Shown one piece after another: positions 23,578 to 33,773 of a stretch of DNA of 64,000 nt; the stretch's first letter is position 1; each line of letters begins with the position of its first letter. Location: contig CAKPAG010000007.1 of NCBI GenBank assembly GCA_934132895.1, positions 23-64,022 on the forward strand, read 5' to 3'. The position numbers and the translations under genes were made by a program. Source of the stretch: an uncultured Clostridia bacterium. Its GTDB lineage: Bacteria; Bacillota; Clostridia; TANB77; CAG-465. The notes under the pieces were generated by a model. The model worked only from the letters and a program-made list of their open reading frames with translations, searched no databases and had not been told where the DNA came from.

Positions 23578-24396
23578 ATGGAAAATAATAAAAAAAATAG
23601 ATTAGAGGAGATATCAAGAAATTTAAGGATAGATATAGTTACTATGATAAAAGAAGCAGGTTCTGGTCATCCGGGTGGAAGTCTTTCATGCGTTGAAATA
23701 CTTACTTGCCTTTATCATGAAATAATGAATTTAAATATTGATAAAAACGGAAAAAGAATAGATAAATTCATTCTTTCTAAAGGACATGCAGCTCCAGCAT
23801 ATTATGCAGTACTTTCAAGTAAGGGCTTTATTTCTCATGAAGATTTAAAAACTCTTCGTAAAGTAGATAGCTATTTAGAAGGACATCCAACAAATAAAAT
23901 AAATGGAATAGATTCTTCTAGTGGTTCTTTAGGGCAAGGTTTATCAATTGCAAATGGAATGGGACTTGCTAAAAAATTATCAAAAGAAGAAGGATATGTG
24001 TATTGTTTACTTGGTGATGGTGAAATTGAAGAAGGACAATTTTATGAAGCATTAATGACAATGAATAAATACAAACTTTCAAATGTAATATTTTTTATAG
24101 ATAAAAATAATCTTCAAATTGATGGTAAGGTAGATGAGGTTAAACCTCATGGAGATTTAAAGAAAAAAATAGAGAGCTTTGGAATATATACTCAAATAAT
24201 AGATGGCCACGATGTAGAGGATATTTGTGACAGTATTAGTAATGCTAAAGAGGCTAATATGCCAAGTTGTATTATTGCAAATACTATTAAAGGAAAAGGT
24301 GTTTCTTTTATGGAAGGAATAGCTAAATGGCATGGTAAAAGCTTAACAGATGAAGAGTACGTACAGGCAATAAAAGATTTGGGAGGTAATATATGA
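23578..24396 (+). CDS. transketolase, N-terminal (TPP-binding) subunit
   Basis: HPGGSLS...GHAAPAYYAVL and GDGE...G motifs of the split transketolase. Confidence 0.88.
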   Translation: MENNKKNRLEEISRNLRIDIVTMIKEAGSGHPGGSLSCVEILTCLYHEIMNLNIDKNGKRIDKFILSKGHAAPAYYAVLSSKGFISHEDLKTLRKVDSYLEGHPTNKINGIDSSSGSLGQGLSIANGMGLAKKLSKEEGYVYCLLGDGEIEEGQFYEALMTMNKYKLSNVIFFIDKNNLQIDGKVDEVKPHGDLKKKIESFGIYTQIIDGHDVEDICDSISNAKEANMPSCIIANTIKGKGVSFMEGIAKWHGKSLTDEEYVQAIKDLGGNI

Positions 24397-25304
24397 AATC
24401 AACAAGAAAAGCATATGGAGAATTTTTAGTAGAAGAGGGAGAAAAAGATAGTGATATAGTTGTTTTTGATGCAGATTTAGCAGAAGCTACATGTACTAAT
24501 AAATTTAAAGAAAAGTTTCCTGAAAGACACTTTGATATAGGTATAGCTGAACAAGATATGGTAGGTACAGCTTGTGGTATGGCAATGGAAGGGAAGAAAG
24601 TTTTTGCTTCTACTTTTGCTATGTTTATGGCTGGACGTGCATATGAGCAAATAAGGAATACAGCAGCGTACTCTCATGTTAATATAAATTTATGTGCAAC
24701 ACATTCAGGACTAGCTGTTGGGGCTGATGGAGCAACTCACCAATGCATAGAGGATATTGCGCTTATGAATGTTATTCCAACTATGAAGGTATTTTCTCCT
24801 GCAGATGATATAAGCACAAAAAAGATACTTGATGTTTGTCTTAAAGAAGAAGGACCAAAATATGTTAGACTTGGAAGATGTGAAACAGCAACAGTGTATG
24901 ATGAAAATGCAATGTTTCATTTAGGCGGAAGTAATACATTTGGTAATGGAAAAGATGGAACTATATTTGCTACAGGTGCTACTTTAGAAATTGCTTTAAA
25001 GGCTAAAGAGGAACTTGAAAAATTAGGAAAAGATGTACGCGTAGTGGATATATATAGTATAAAGCCAATAGATAAAGAAAACGTTATAAAATGTGCTAAA
25101 GATACAGATATACTTGTATCAATAGAGGACCATAGTACAATTGGTGGAATTGGTAGCATTATATCTAATGTATTAACAGAAAATTATCCTAAAAGGCTAT
25201 ATAAGATAGGAATAGAAGATAAATTTGGAAAATCAGGTAGTAAAGACGAACTATATAAATTGTATGGATTGACAGTAGAGAATATTATGGAAAAATTTAA
25301 ATAA
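24393..25304 (+). CDS. transketolase, C-terminal (pyrimidine-binding) subunit
   Basis: Overlaps the previous gene by 4 nt (ATGA) and has the transketolase Pyr/C-terminal domains. Confidence 0.88.
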   Translation: MKSTRKAYGEFLVEEGEKDSDIVVFDADLAEATCTNKFKEKFPERHFDIGIAEQDMVGTACGMAMEGKKVFASTFAMFMAGRAYEQIRNTAAYSHVNINLCATHSGLAVGADGATHQCIEDIALMNVIPTMKVFSPADDISTKKILDVCLKEEGPKYVRLGRCETATVYDENAMFHLGGSNTFGNGKDGTIFATGATLEIALKAKEELEKLGKDVRVVDIYSIKPIDKENVIKCAKDTDILVSIEDHSTIGGIGSIISNVLTENYPKRLYKIGIEDKFGKSGSKDELYKLYGLTVENIMEKFK

Positions 25305-25398
25305 AAATATGTTGACTTTTTATGTAATGTGTAGTATAATTATTTTACAATTTAATATAAATCTAAATTTAAAATTAATATTTAAGGAGGATAATAAA

Positions 25399-25710
25399 AT
25401 GATGCAGAATGAAAGTATTTCTGAGTTTCTTGATGAGTTTTTTAACGTAAGGAGCGAGAAATTTCGGGAGATAGATAATATTTTGGATGTAGCGAATAGT
25501 TTGATAGTATCTATTCTTGATTTATCTTCAGATGAAATTGCTGCATTACCTGAGCAGATAAGAGATTTAGCAATTACGTTAAAAAATTATGTTGAAGATG
25601 AAAAAGATGATTATGAGGAAAAAGACAAAGGAAAATACTGCATAAACTGTGGAGAATATTTATGCTCTAAAGCTAGGTATTGTTCAAGGTGTGGAATTCC
25701 TCAGGAATAA
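25399..25710 (+). CDS. small acidic protein with C-terminal zinc ribbon (paralogue A)
   Basis: Start placed at MMQNE after RBS aaggagga. C-terminal CINCG...YCSRCG. Confidence 0.55.
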   Translation: MMQNESISEFLDEFFNVRSEKFREIDNILDVANSLIVSILDLSSDEIAALPEQIRDLAITLKNYVEDEKDDYEEKDKGKYCINCGEYLCSKARYCSRCGIPQE

Positions 25711-25720
25711 ACATTTAAAA

Positions 25721-25751
25721 AAAGCATATCTAAATTCAGATATGCTTTTTG
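25721..25751 (+). terminator. rho-independent terminator
   Basis: agcatatct...agatatgct hairpin plus a T-run. Confidence 0.65.
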
Positions 25752-25867
25752 ACGTAAGTTTAAAGATTTAGGTTGACATTTTTCGGAAACGGTGGTATAA
25801 TACTAAGCGAAATAATCTAGTATTATTTTATTAAATTATAATTATTAATTTAAGGAGGCTTACTCAA

Positions 25868-26257
25868 ATGGATGTTTTAAAAAAAGCAAGAAATTTTGCT
25901 GAGGTGGCTTGGAATAAAGCTACAGAAGTTGCAAATGATATCAATGAAAAACTTGAAAAACGGAAGCAAATAAGAGAACTCTTAGAAGATATGGCTGATT
26001 ACGAAGATGAAATATTTGATTACATTTTATCTGCAAAAGGGGAGGAGTTTGATAAACTTCCTGACGTAATAAAAGATAATGCAGATGCAATAAAGGCTGT
26101 AATTTCTGAAATTGAGGAACTTCAAGTAGATGAATTGTCGGATGAAGAGTATTATTACCCAGAAGACGATTGCTGTAGTGTTCGTTTTTGTATACAGTGT
26201 GGAAAAAAGATTGCTTCTAAGGATGTTTATTGTAAGCATTGCGGAGCTAAACAGTAA
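25868..26257 (+). CDS. small acidic protein with C-terminal zinc ribbon (paralogue B)
   Basis: Has its own TTGACA/TATAAT promoter at about 25775-25803 and RBS aaggagg. C-terminal CIQCG...YCKHCG. Confidence 0.55.
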   Translation: MDVLKKARNFAEVAWNKATEVANDINEKLEKRKQIRELLEDMADYEDEIFDYILSAKGEEFDKLPDVIKDNADAIKAVISEIEELQVDELSDEEYYYPEDDCCSVRFCIQCGKKIASKDVYCKHCGAKQ

Positions 26258-26272
26258 TTAAATTTTTAAAGT

Positions 26273-26301
26273 GTACCCTAAAATTTAGGGTATGCTTTTT
26301 C
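26273..26301 (+). terminator. rho-independent terminator
   Basis: taccctaaa..tttagggta hairpin followed by tgcttttt. Confidence 0.65.
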
Positions 26302-26369
26302 TTTACATATTTTAATTAACATGATATAATTAGCATGAGAAAATGTAAAAAATAAAAGGTGATATATAA

Positions 26370-27623
26370 GTGGAACCATTAGCATATAGAATGAAACCTA
26401 ATTCTTTAGAAGAATTTTTTGGGCAAGAGCAAATAGTTGGAAAAGATAAGTTATTATATAGATTAATAAAAGCAGATAGATTAACATCGGCCATTTTTTG
26501 GGGACCTCCTGGTTGCGGAAAAACATCTCTTGCAAGAGTAATTGCTAAAACTACAAAAAACAAATTTGAAACTTTAAATGCTACTACTGCAGGAGTGGCA
26601 GATATAAAAAGAGTAGTAGATAGTGCAGGAAATATATTTGAAAATCCCACTGGAAAATTAATATTATTTATTGATGAAATTCATAGATTTAATAAATTGC
26701 AACAAGATGCTCTTTTACCACATGTGGAAAAAGGAACTGTAATATTAATAGGTGCAACTACTGAAAATCCGTATTTTTCAGTAAATAAAGCCTTAATATC
26801 AAGGTCTACTGTATTTAAATTTAAAAAATTAGAAGATGAAGATGTAAAGAAAATAATACTTCATACACTTAAAGATGAAAAAAATGGATTAGGAAGTTAT
26901 AACTTAGAAGTATCAGATGAAGCAATAAATGTTTTAAGTATGCTTTCAAATGGAGATGTAAGAACTGTACTTAATGCATTAGAACTTGCTGTGCTTACTA
27001 CAAGTCCAAATAGTGAAGGTAAAATCATTGTAGATAAAAATGTAATACTTGAATGTATTCAACAAAAGAAAAGCCTATATGACAAGACAGACGATTCTCA
27101 CTATGATGTAATCTCTGCTTTTATAAAATCAATGAGAGGTTCTGATCCAGACGCAACACTTCATTATCTTGCTAGAATGATAGAGGGTGGGGAAGACCCT
27201 ATGTTTATAGCAAGAAGAATAGTAATTCAAGCATCAGAAGATGTAGGACTTGCAAATAATAATGCCTTGCAAGTAGCAGTAGCTGCCATGAATGCTGTGC
27301 ATCAAATAGGAATGCCAGAGGCAAGGATACCACTGGCTCATGCAGCTTTAGTAGTAGCTCTAAGTCCTAAGTCTAATACTGCATATTTAGGTATTAATGA
27401 GGCACTAGCTGATGTAGAAAATATGGATGTAGGAGAGATTCCTATGCATATTAGAAATTGTGTTGCAAAAGGAATGGAAAGTTTTGGTTATGGAGAGGGA
27501 TATAAATACCCACATGATTATGAAAATGCACAAGTTGAGCAACAATATTTACCTGACAAAATAAAAAATAAAAAATATTTTAAACCAAAAAAATGGGAGG
27601 ATTTTTATGAGAAAGGGATATAA
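26370..27623 (+). CDS. rarA: replication-associated recombination protein A (AAA+ ATPase)
   Basis: [15 protein letters not shown] Walker A plus the MgsA C-terminal domains. GTG start. Confidence 0.9.
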   Translation: MEPLAYRMKPNSLEEFFGQEQIVGKDKLLYRLIKADRLTSAIFWGPPGCGKTSLARVIAKTTKNKFETLNATTAGVADIKRVVDSAGNIFENPTGKLILFIDEIHRFNKLQQDALLPHVEKGTVILIGATTENPYFSVNKALISRSTVFKFKKLEDEDVKKIILHTLKDEKNGLGSYNLEVSDEAINVLSMLSNGDVRTVLNALELAVLTTSPNSEGKIIVDKNVILECIQQKKSLYDKTDDSHYDVISAFIKSMRGSDPDATLHYLARMIEGGEDPMFIARRIVIQASEDVGLANNNALQVAVAAMNAVHQIGMPEARIPLAHAALVVALSPKSNTAYLGINEALADVENMDVGEIPMHIRNCVAKGMESFGYGEGYKYPHDYENAQVEQQYLPDKIKNKKYFKPKKWEDFYEKGI

Positions 27624-28941
27624 GATAACAGTATCTTTAAATAAAAAGCCTTTAAAAAAAATAAAAGAAAGAAAAAAGGAAATAAGTGAAGAAGAACTTA
27701 CAAAAGGAGTAGAAATAGCAAATAACCATAAGATAAAGCAAGAAGACATTAGAAGTAAAAGAATTGGTAAAACTTTAGTTGAAGTTAAAAACGAACTTAT
27801 AGAAAAAAAACAAATAGAAGAAGAAAATATAAGGTCGCATAAAAGACTAAGAATTTTTATTCTTCTAGTTATAATATCTGTACTTGTATATCTTTTCTTC
27901 TACTTTGGTCCGATACTTGGTATAAGTATATATAAAAATACTGGAATAGATGAGAAAAATAAAATAGATATATCGTCAACAAGCAATGACTATTATGGTA
28001 CTTATTGTGAAGATTTTCTAATGTATACCGATAGAAAGCTTACAACATATAATTTAAATGGTAAAAAAAATTGGGAATATGAATTACAAGAAGTATTTAT
28101 ACCTAAAATATATATAAATGATAAATACATGGCAGTAGTAAATACAGCTAATTCAACAATATATTTTTTTGAAAATAAAAAAGAAAGATTTACTAAGAAA
28201 ATTGATGGAACAATTTCATCTGTATATATTAATAATAATGGAAATATTGTAGTAGAATATTCAACTAATGGGTACAAGAAAATATTAGGAGTATATAATA
28301 AATCTGGTAAATTATTATATAATACTTATCTTTCTGTTACTTCAATACTTGATGTAAAATTTATGCAAGACGAGAAAAAACTACTAGTTGTAACATCTGA
28401 TTCAACTACATTTAATATATCAACAATAATTAATATTGTTGATAGCACTAAAGAGCAAGAAAATTTAACAGAAGTAGCAAAATTTGAGAACTCTTTGATT
28501 TATGATATTAAAGTAAAAAGAAAAAATGCAGTAATACTATTAGATAGTAAACTTGTAAATTGTAATTTGGATACGGGAGTAGTTACAGATATTATTAATT
28601 TCAATGATTCACAAATACTATTTAATGGGCTTTCAGATAATTATTATACTTATATAGAAAAAGAATTAGGAGATAGTGTTAAAGATTACAATATAAAAAC
28701 AATGAAATTTGATAATACTAATATATCTGTAACAAAAGATGAAAACTCTCCTAAATTTATGAAAAATTCTGGATATTTAAATTATTTAATATATCAAGAT
28801 AAATTAAAAGTTGTAAATAAATGGGGAATAGTTATAAAAGAAATTGAAATTACTTTTCCACCTAAGGATATAGTAGTATTTAATCATGAAAAAACAGTAG
28901 CTTTAGTATACTCTAATAAAATATACTTTTTAAACATGTAA
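27607..28941 (+). CDS. hypothetical single-pass membrane protein with a large beta-rich extracytoplasmic domain
   Basis: Lys-rich cytoplasmic N-terminus, one TM helix (IFILLVIISVLVYLFFYF), then a repetitive Y/N/K-rich domain. Overlaps the end of rarA by 17 nt. Confidence 0.45.
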   Translation: MRKGYKITVSLNKKPLKKIKERKKEISEEELTKGVEIANNHKIKQEDIRSKRIGKTLVEVKNELIEKKQIEEENIRSHKRLRIFILLVIISVLVYLFFYFGPILGISIYKNTGIDEKNKIDISSTSNDYYGTYCEDFLMYTDRKLTTYNLNGKKNWEYELQEVFIPKIYINDKYMAVVNTANSTIYFFENKKERFTKKIDGTISSVYINNNGNIVVEYSTNGYKKILGVYNKSGKLLYNTYLSVTSILDVKFMQDEKKLLVVTSDSTTFNISTIINIVDSTKEQENLTEVAKFENSLIYDIKVKRKNAVILLDSKLVNCNLDTGVVTDIINFNDSQILFNGLSDNYYTYIEKELGDSVKDYNIKTMKFDNTNISVTKDENSPKFMKNSGYLNYLIYQDKLKVVNKWGIVIKEIEITFPPKDIVVFNHEKTVALVYSNKIYFLNM

Positions 28942-28962
28942 TAATATAATGGAGGATAAAAA

Positions 28963-29601
28963 ATGATTTTAGATATAATAGTTTTAGTTTTAATTATAAC
29001 AGGAGCAATTATAGGCTACAAAAAAGGGTTAGTAGGAATAATGGTAGGACTTGTAAGTATGATTTTAGCAATAATACTAAGTCTTATACTTCAAGGGCCT
29101 ATTGCAGATGCTCTATATAACAATACTGGTATGGGAAAAGTTATAGAACAAACAGTATATAATAACTTAAACTCTGCAAATAATAAAGAAAAAGAAGCAA
29201 ATGCAAGTGAAAACATAATTATCGATAGTATAACAAATAAGGCAACTGAGTCACTTACAAGTGAGCAAACTGCCAAGACTGTCACAATGTTTGTTTTAAA
29301 AGGTATAAGTTTCGTTATAATATTCATAATAGTAACAATAATATGTCGTATATTACAGTCAGTTTTAAATTTAGTATTTAATTTACCTGTTTTAGACATT
29401 GTAAATAATTTTGGAGGGCTTGGAGTAGGAGTAATAAAAGCACTATTAAAAATATATATAGTTTTAGCTATTATATCTTTTATAGCTCCAATGAATATAA
29501 TTGACCCAGTTATTGATATGATTAATACATCAACAGTGACAAAAATACTATATCAAAATAACTTATTTGTATCTTTACTTTCATTAACTCTAAAAATATA
29601 G
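28963..29601 (+). CDS. cvpA: CvpA-family membrane protein
   Basis: MILDIIVLVLIITGAIIGYKKGLV is the canonical CvpA N-terminus. Confidence 0.75.
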   Translation: MILDIIVLVLIITGAIIGYKKGLVGIMVGLVSMILAIILSLILQGPIADALYNNTGMGKVIEQTVYNNLNSANNKEKEANASENIIIDSITNKATESLTSEQTAKTVTMFVLKGISFVIIFIIVTIICRILQSVLNLVFNLPVLDIVNNFGGLGVGVIKALLKIYIVLAIISFIAPMNIIDPVIDMINTSTVTKILYQNNLFVSLLSLTLKI

Positions 29602-29630
29602 TATTATAGCATAAACTAAAGGAGTAATTC

Positions 29631-30608
29631 ATGAAAAAAAATAAAAAAAAGAGAAATACTGTGCAAAAGTTTAAACTTTTCTTTATGGTATTAAGCATTA
29701 TAGGAATAGTTGTATGGGGAGCTATTTATGCTGTTAATTATACCATAGGGGAAGATGAAGAAATTTTGTCAGCAGATGGAACAAAAGTTGAAACCACAAA
29801 GAAAAAAGATGTAATAAATGCATTGGTGTGTGGTATAAACGAAAACTTGACAGATACAATGATATACGTGAGGTATGATGTAAATAGTGGTAAAATAGCG
29901 ATGATGTCTATTCCAAGAGATACTTATGTAACAAATGATTATTGCATAGGTCATAAGCTAAATGCTATTTATCGTGGAAAAAATGTGGTACCACTTGTTG
30001 AAGAAATTCAAGAATTATTGGATGTAAAAATAGATTATTATTTAATATTTGATACAGAGATGGTTCATGAATTAGTTGATGCTGTTGGAGGCGTTGAGAT
30101 AGAAGTACCAATGAGAATGAAGTATGATGACCCAACGCAAAATTTACATATAGACCTCCAGAAAGGTTTACAAGTATTAAATGGTAAACAAGCAGAAATG
30201 TTTGTTAGATTTAGACATAATAATGATATGACAGTAGGATATAGTATGGGAGATTTGGATAGGACTAAAGTTCAACAAACATTTATTAAAGCTTTTGCTA
30301 AAACTGCATTATCAGCTTCGAATATACCAAAGTATCCAGAACTTATAAAAATAGCGTTAGAGCATACTGATACAAATGTAACTGTAAGGGAAGCTTTAAA
30401 GTATGCAACAGATGCAGCAAAAATAGATGTTGAAAACATCATTTCATTAACAGCACCTGGAGAAGCAAAATATATTGATAATCTTTCATATTTTGTATTA
30501 GATGAAGATGAAACAAGAAAAGTAATAAAAGAACAGTTTAACACTATGGAAACTGAAGATGTAAGTGATACAACTAAAAATAGTGATGATGTAAATAAAG
30601 GCAATTAA
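29631..30608 (+). CDS. LytR-CpsA-Psr (LCP) family cell-envelope phosphotransferase
   Basis: N-terminal TM helix followed by ...MMSIPRDTYV..., the LCP core motif. Confidence 0.85.
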   Translation: MKKNKKKRNTVQKFKLFFMVLSIIGIVVWGAIYAVNYTIGEDEEILSADGTKVETTKKKDVINALVCGINENLTDTMIYVRYDVNSGKIAMMSIPRDTYVTNDYCIGHKLNAIYRGKNVVPLVEEIQELLDVKIDYYLIFDTEMVHELVDAVGGVEIEVPMRMKYDDPTQNLHIDLQKGLQVLNGKQAEMFVRFRHNNDMTVGYSMGDLDRTKVQQTFIKAFAKTALSASNIPKYPELIKIALEHTDTNVTVREALKYATDAAKIDVENIISLTAPGEAKYIDNLSYFVLDEDETRKVIKEQFNTMETEDVSDTTKNSDDVNKGN

Positions 30609-30652
30609 TGCAAAAAGCACAGTATAGAAAAGTGTATACTGTGCTTTTTGCA
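30609..30652. terminator. bidirectional terminator (long perfect palindrome)
   Basis: tgcaaaaagcacagtata...tatactgtgctttttgca. Confidence 0.7.
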
Positions 30653-30665
30653 TTAAATATTAAAG

Positions 30666-32000
30666 TTATATATTATAGTTTCGTCTTTGCATTTTAGTAT
30701 TAGTTTTTCTGATTTTCTTTTTACTTTTTTTAAAATAATTTTTAAAAGTAAATAATATTATCACAATACACAAAATACATAAGATAATATTTATATATAG
30801 TTTTATATTGCTTGATGCATTAAAGTAATTTTCTTTTGAAATTAGAATTAAATCAAGGGTATTAGTGACATCAACAGAATTTCCATTTGTAGATACGGTT
30901 AAAGTTCCAACTTTATCATTTAAATTATAACTTTCTAAATCATTTTGAGTTAAATTCAAAGTATATCTTGAAAAATGAAAATCATTATTGTATAATGCAT
31001 ACATATCATCTTTTATAGAAATGGTATATTTCTTATTGTAACTTTCATCATTTATACAAAATGTGAAATCGTTTTTATCTAGTAGGTTATATTTATTAAA
31101 GTTATTAAATGCATATTCAAATAGTTGTATAGAATCTAAAAATCTTCCTTCATTTCCAGAAATATTTTGTGAACCATCAAATGCACATACAATGACTGTT
31201 TTATCATCTTTTTTACCATAGCCTACAAATGTACCTCTAGCTTCTTCAGTATATCCAGTTTTTCCACCTATTACATATTCATAATACATTTTAGTGTATT
31301 TTGGATTAAACATTTTATTTGTATTTTTGTATGTTCTTTCTTCGGTTTTGTTTGTTTTAGGAATTGTAATTTCTTTTGTCGCTATAATTTTTTTGAATGT
31401 TTCATTTTGTACTGCGTATCTAAATAGTTTTGCCATATCAAAAACAGTTGTATAATGGTTACTATCATGAAATCCGTGTGTATTTGTAAAATGGGTATCA
31501 TTACATCCTATTTCTTTTAACTTTGAATTCATTAGATTAATAAAATCTGGAATATTTCCACTTACAGCTTCAGCTAGTGCGTTAGCTGCGTCATTTCCTG
31601 ACTGAAGCAAAAGACCATATAACAAGTTTTTTATACTTATCACTTCTTCTGGTTTAAGATACATTATAGAGCTACCAATAGGAGTAGAATATACAGCATT
31701 TTTTGAAACTACAACAGTGTCATCTAGATTGAGATTTTCTATCGCTAAAAGAGCAGTTAGAACTTTAGTAGTACTAGCAGGGTAAACTTTGCTATGTGCA
31801 TTTTTTTCAAAAATAATATTACCACTTTCTAAATCCATTATAATATCATTATTGCAGTAAAGTGAAGATTTAAGCTCTTCCTCTTTAGTATTAATACTGG
31901 TAGCATTAATACTAGCGTTAAAAAAATAAAAATATATAAAAATTATAAAACTAAAAAATATCACTTTTTTAATATTTTTTTCAAAACTTTTAAAAGTCAA
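30666..32000 (-). CDS. D-alanyl-D-alanine carboxypeptidase (serine-type, PBP5/DacF-like)
   Basis: Signal peptide, SxxK active site within YPASTTKVLTALL, and the SGN motif LLQSGNDAA. Confidence 0.85.
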   Translation of the reverse strand: MTFKSFEKNIKKVIFFSFIIFIYFYFFNASINATSINTKEEELKSSLYCNNDIIMDLESGNIIFEKNAHSKVYPASTTKVLTALLAIENLNLDDTVVVSKNAVYSTPIGSSIMYLKPEEVISIKNLLYGLLLQSGNDAANALAEAVSGNIPDFINLMNSKLKEIGCNDTHFTNTHGFHDSNHYTTVFDMAKLFRYAVQNETFKKIIATKEITIPKTNKTEERTYKNTNKMFNPKYTKMYYEYVIGGKTGYTEEARGTFVGYGKKDDKTVIVCAFDGSQNISGNEGRFLDSIQLFEYAFNNFNKYNLLDKNDFTFCINDESYNKKYTISIKDDMYALYNNDFHFSRYTLNLTQNDLESYNLNDKVGTLTVSTNGNSVDVTNTLDLILISKENYFNASSNIKLYINIILCILCIVIILFTFKNYFKKSKKKIRKTNTKMQRRNYNI

Positions 32001-32067
32001 AATATCACCCCATCAAATTTTAATATAATTATACAATAAAATATACAAAAAATAAAGGAGAAATTTC

Positions 32068-32640
32068 ATGGAAAAAATTATAAAATTTATACAAAAAAAT
32101 AAAGGATATATAATATGTTTTTTAATTATTATCCTTTCAGTAATATCAATAGTGTTTCAAGATTTAGATAGAAAAAATACAATGAAGATAAATAATGAAG
32201 AAATGGCCGGTGAAAGTGGTAAAATAGGTGTATATGTAACAGGAGCGGTAAAGAACCCGGGAGTATATTATTTAGATAGAAATTCAAGGCTTTATCAATT
32301 GCTAGATATATGTGGAGGAATACAAGAAAATGCGGATATTTCAAAACTTAATTTGGCTTTAAAATTAAATGATTCCGATAAAATCGATGTTCCTGTAAAA
32401 AAAGAGGAAAGTAGTGAAAATGGTGACTTTCAAGAAGATATAGAAGAAAGTAATAAAATTAATATAAATGAAGCGGGAGTTGAAGAGTTAAAAACACTTA
32501 CTGGTATAGGAGATTCTACTGCTAAAAAAATTATAGATTACAGAAATAAAAATAAGTTTGAAAGTATTGAAGATATAATGAATGTGCCTGGTATAGGTGA
32601 AAGTAAGTTTAACAATATAAAAGATGATATTTGCGTGTGA
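32068..32640 (+). CDS. comEA: competence protein ComEA (SLBB plus helix-hairpin-helix DNA-binding)
   Basis: C-terminal INEAGVEELKTLTGIGDSTAKKIIDYR..NVPGIGESKF tandem HhH. Confidence 0.85.
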   Translation: MEKIIKFIQKNKGYIICFLIIILSVISIVFQDLDRKNTMKINNEEMAGESGKIGVYVTGAVKNPGVYYLDRNSRLYQLLDICGGIQENADISKLNLALKLNDSDKIDVPVKKEESSENGDFQEDIEESNKININEAGVEELKTLTGIGDSTAKKIIDYRNKNKFESIEDIMNVPGIGESKFNNIKDDICV

Positions 32641-32716
32641 TATTTTGAATATGCAATTTTGGTAATTAAAATTACACATATAAAATAGAATATATAGTGT
32701 AAAGTAGAGGTAGAAA

Positions 32717-33367
32717 ATGAGATATTATATATATTTAGATAAATGCTTTATTAGAAGTCTTTTTTCAATAGTAGAAAATGTAGATTTTGATATAGAAGTA
32801 GTAGAGTATTCCGTTAGAAAAAGTTCAACTACTAATAATCAATTTTCTATTGCACCATCAAATGAAAAAATATGTAATACTGGAGAAGATAGTACACCAC
32901 TTAATAAAGAAGATGTGCAAGTACATTTACGAGATGAAAGTATGTGTAAAAATTGTATTTCAGCTCAAGCTGGATATGGAGATAGTTCAACTATAGAAAC
33001 TCAGAGGAGATATATTAATATAGACGATATAACAGATATGAAAAACAATAATTTTTATCATCATTTAATAGAGAAATTAAACACAGAAAATTTTCGAGAT
33101 GACAGTAGGATAAAAGTAGATGAGGGCTTTATACGACTTTATGATAGATATGATATTAGTGAAAAATTAGATGAAGCAGATATAAAGAAAAAAGGGAGTT
33201 TTTTTATGCTAAATGGAAAGTATATTTGGTATAACGATGAACTATTAACAGGAGATATAGAGTTACTTGCTCAAATGTCATGTAAAATCAAAGTATTAGG
33301 ATATAAAATGAATTGTTTAGAACAAGATGAAGAAATAATAAAAGCAATAGCTATGTTTATTGAATAA
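32717..33367 (+). CDS. hypothetical protein
   Basis: 216-aa ORF with no recognisable motifs. Confidence 0.4.
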   Translation: MRYYIYLDKCFIRSLFSIVENVDFDIEVVEYSVRKSSTTNNQFSIAPSNEKICNTGEDSTPLNKEDVQVHLRDESMCKNCISAQAGYGDSSTIETQRRYINIDDITDMKNNNFYHHLIEKLNTENFRDDSRIKVDEGFIRLYDRYDISEKLDEADIKKKGSFFMLNGKYIWYNDELLTGDIELLAQMSCKIKVLGYKMNCLEQDEEIIKAIAMFIE

Positions 33368-33368
33368 A

Positions 33369-33403
33369 AAATCTATTACCCAATTTCATTAGGGTAATAG
33401 ATT
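33369..33403. terminator. bidirectional terminator
   Basis: tctattaccc...gggtaataga hairpin. Confidence 0.6.
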
Positions 33404-33415
33404 AATTAGATATAT

Positions 33416-33754
33416 TTATAGTTTAAATCTTATTCCGAGAACTCCATATTTACTTTGCATATCTTCAGTATAAAATTTTTGCAAAACATTTAAGAGTTCA
33501 AGCTTAGTCATTGAGCTATCTGAAAGTATCGATATATCAAAATCATTAAATAAATCACTGAACGTAGCATAGTTTAAAAGCCCTGTTACTTTTGTCTCAA
33601 AACTTTCAGTTAAATCTGGTTCTTTAAGAAAAGTAATTGTATCACCTATTTTGATATTTTTACGTTTTTCATCGTTTAATCTTAACTCGATTCTTTTAGT
33701 TCCTTTTAATATATAATTATAATAATCTGGTTGTAATTTCATTGTATGTGTCAT
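33416..33754 (-). CDS. ASCH (PUA-like) domain protein
   Basis: KLQPDYYNYILKGTKRIELRLNDEKRKNIKIGDTITF matches the ASCH beta-barrel signature. Confidence 0.55.
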   Translation of the reverse strand: MTHTMKLQPDYYNYILKGTKRIELRLNDEKRKNIKIGDTITFLKEPDLTESFETKVTGLLNYATFSDLFNDFDISILSDSSMTKLELLNVLQKFYTEDMQSKYGVLGIRFKL

Positions 33755-33773
33755 TTTATTTACCTCTTTTTAG

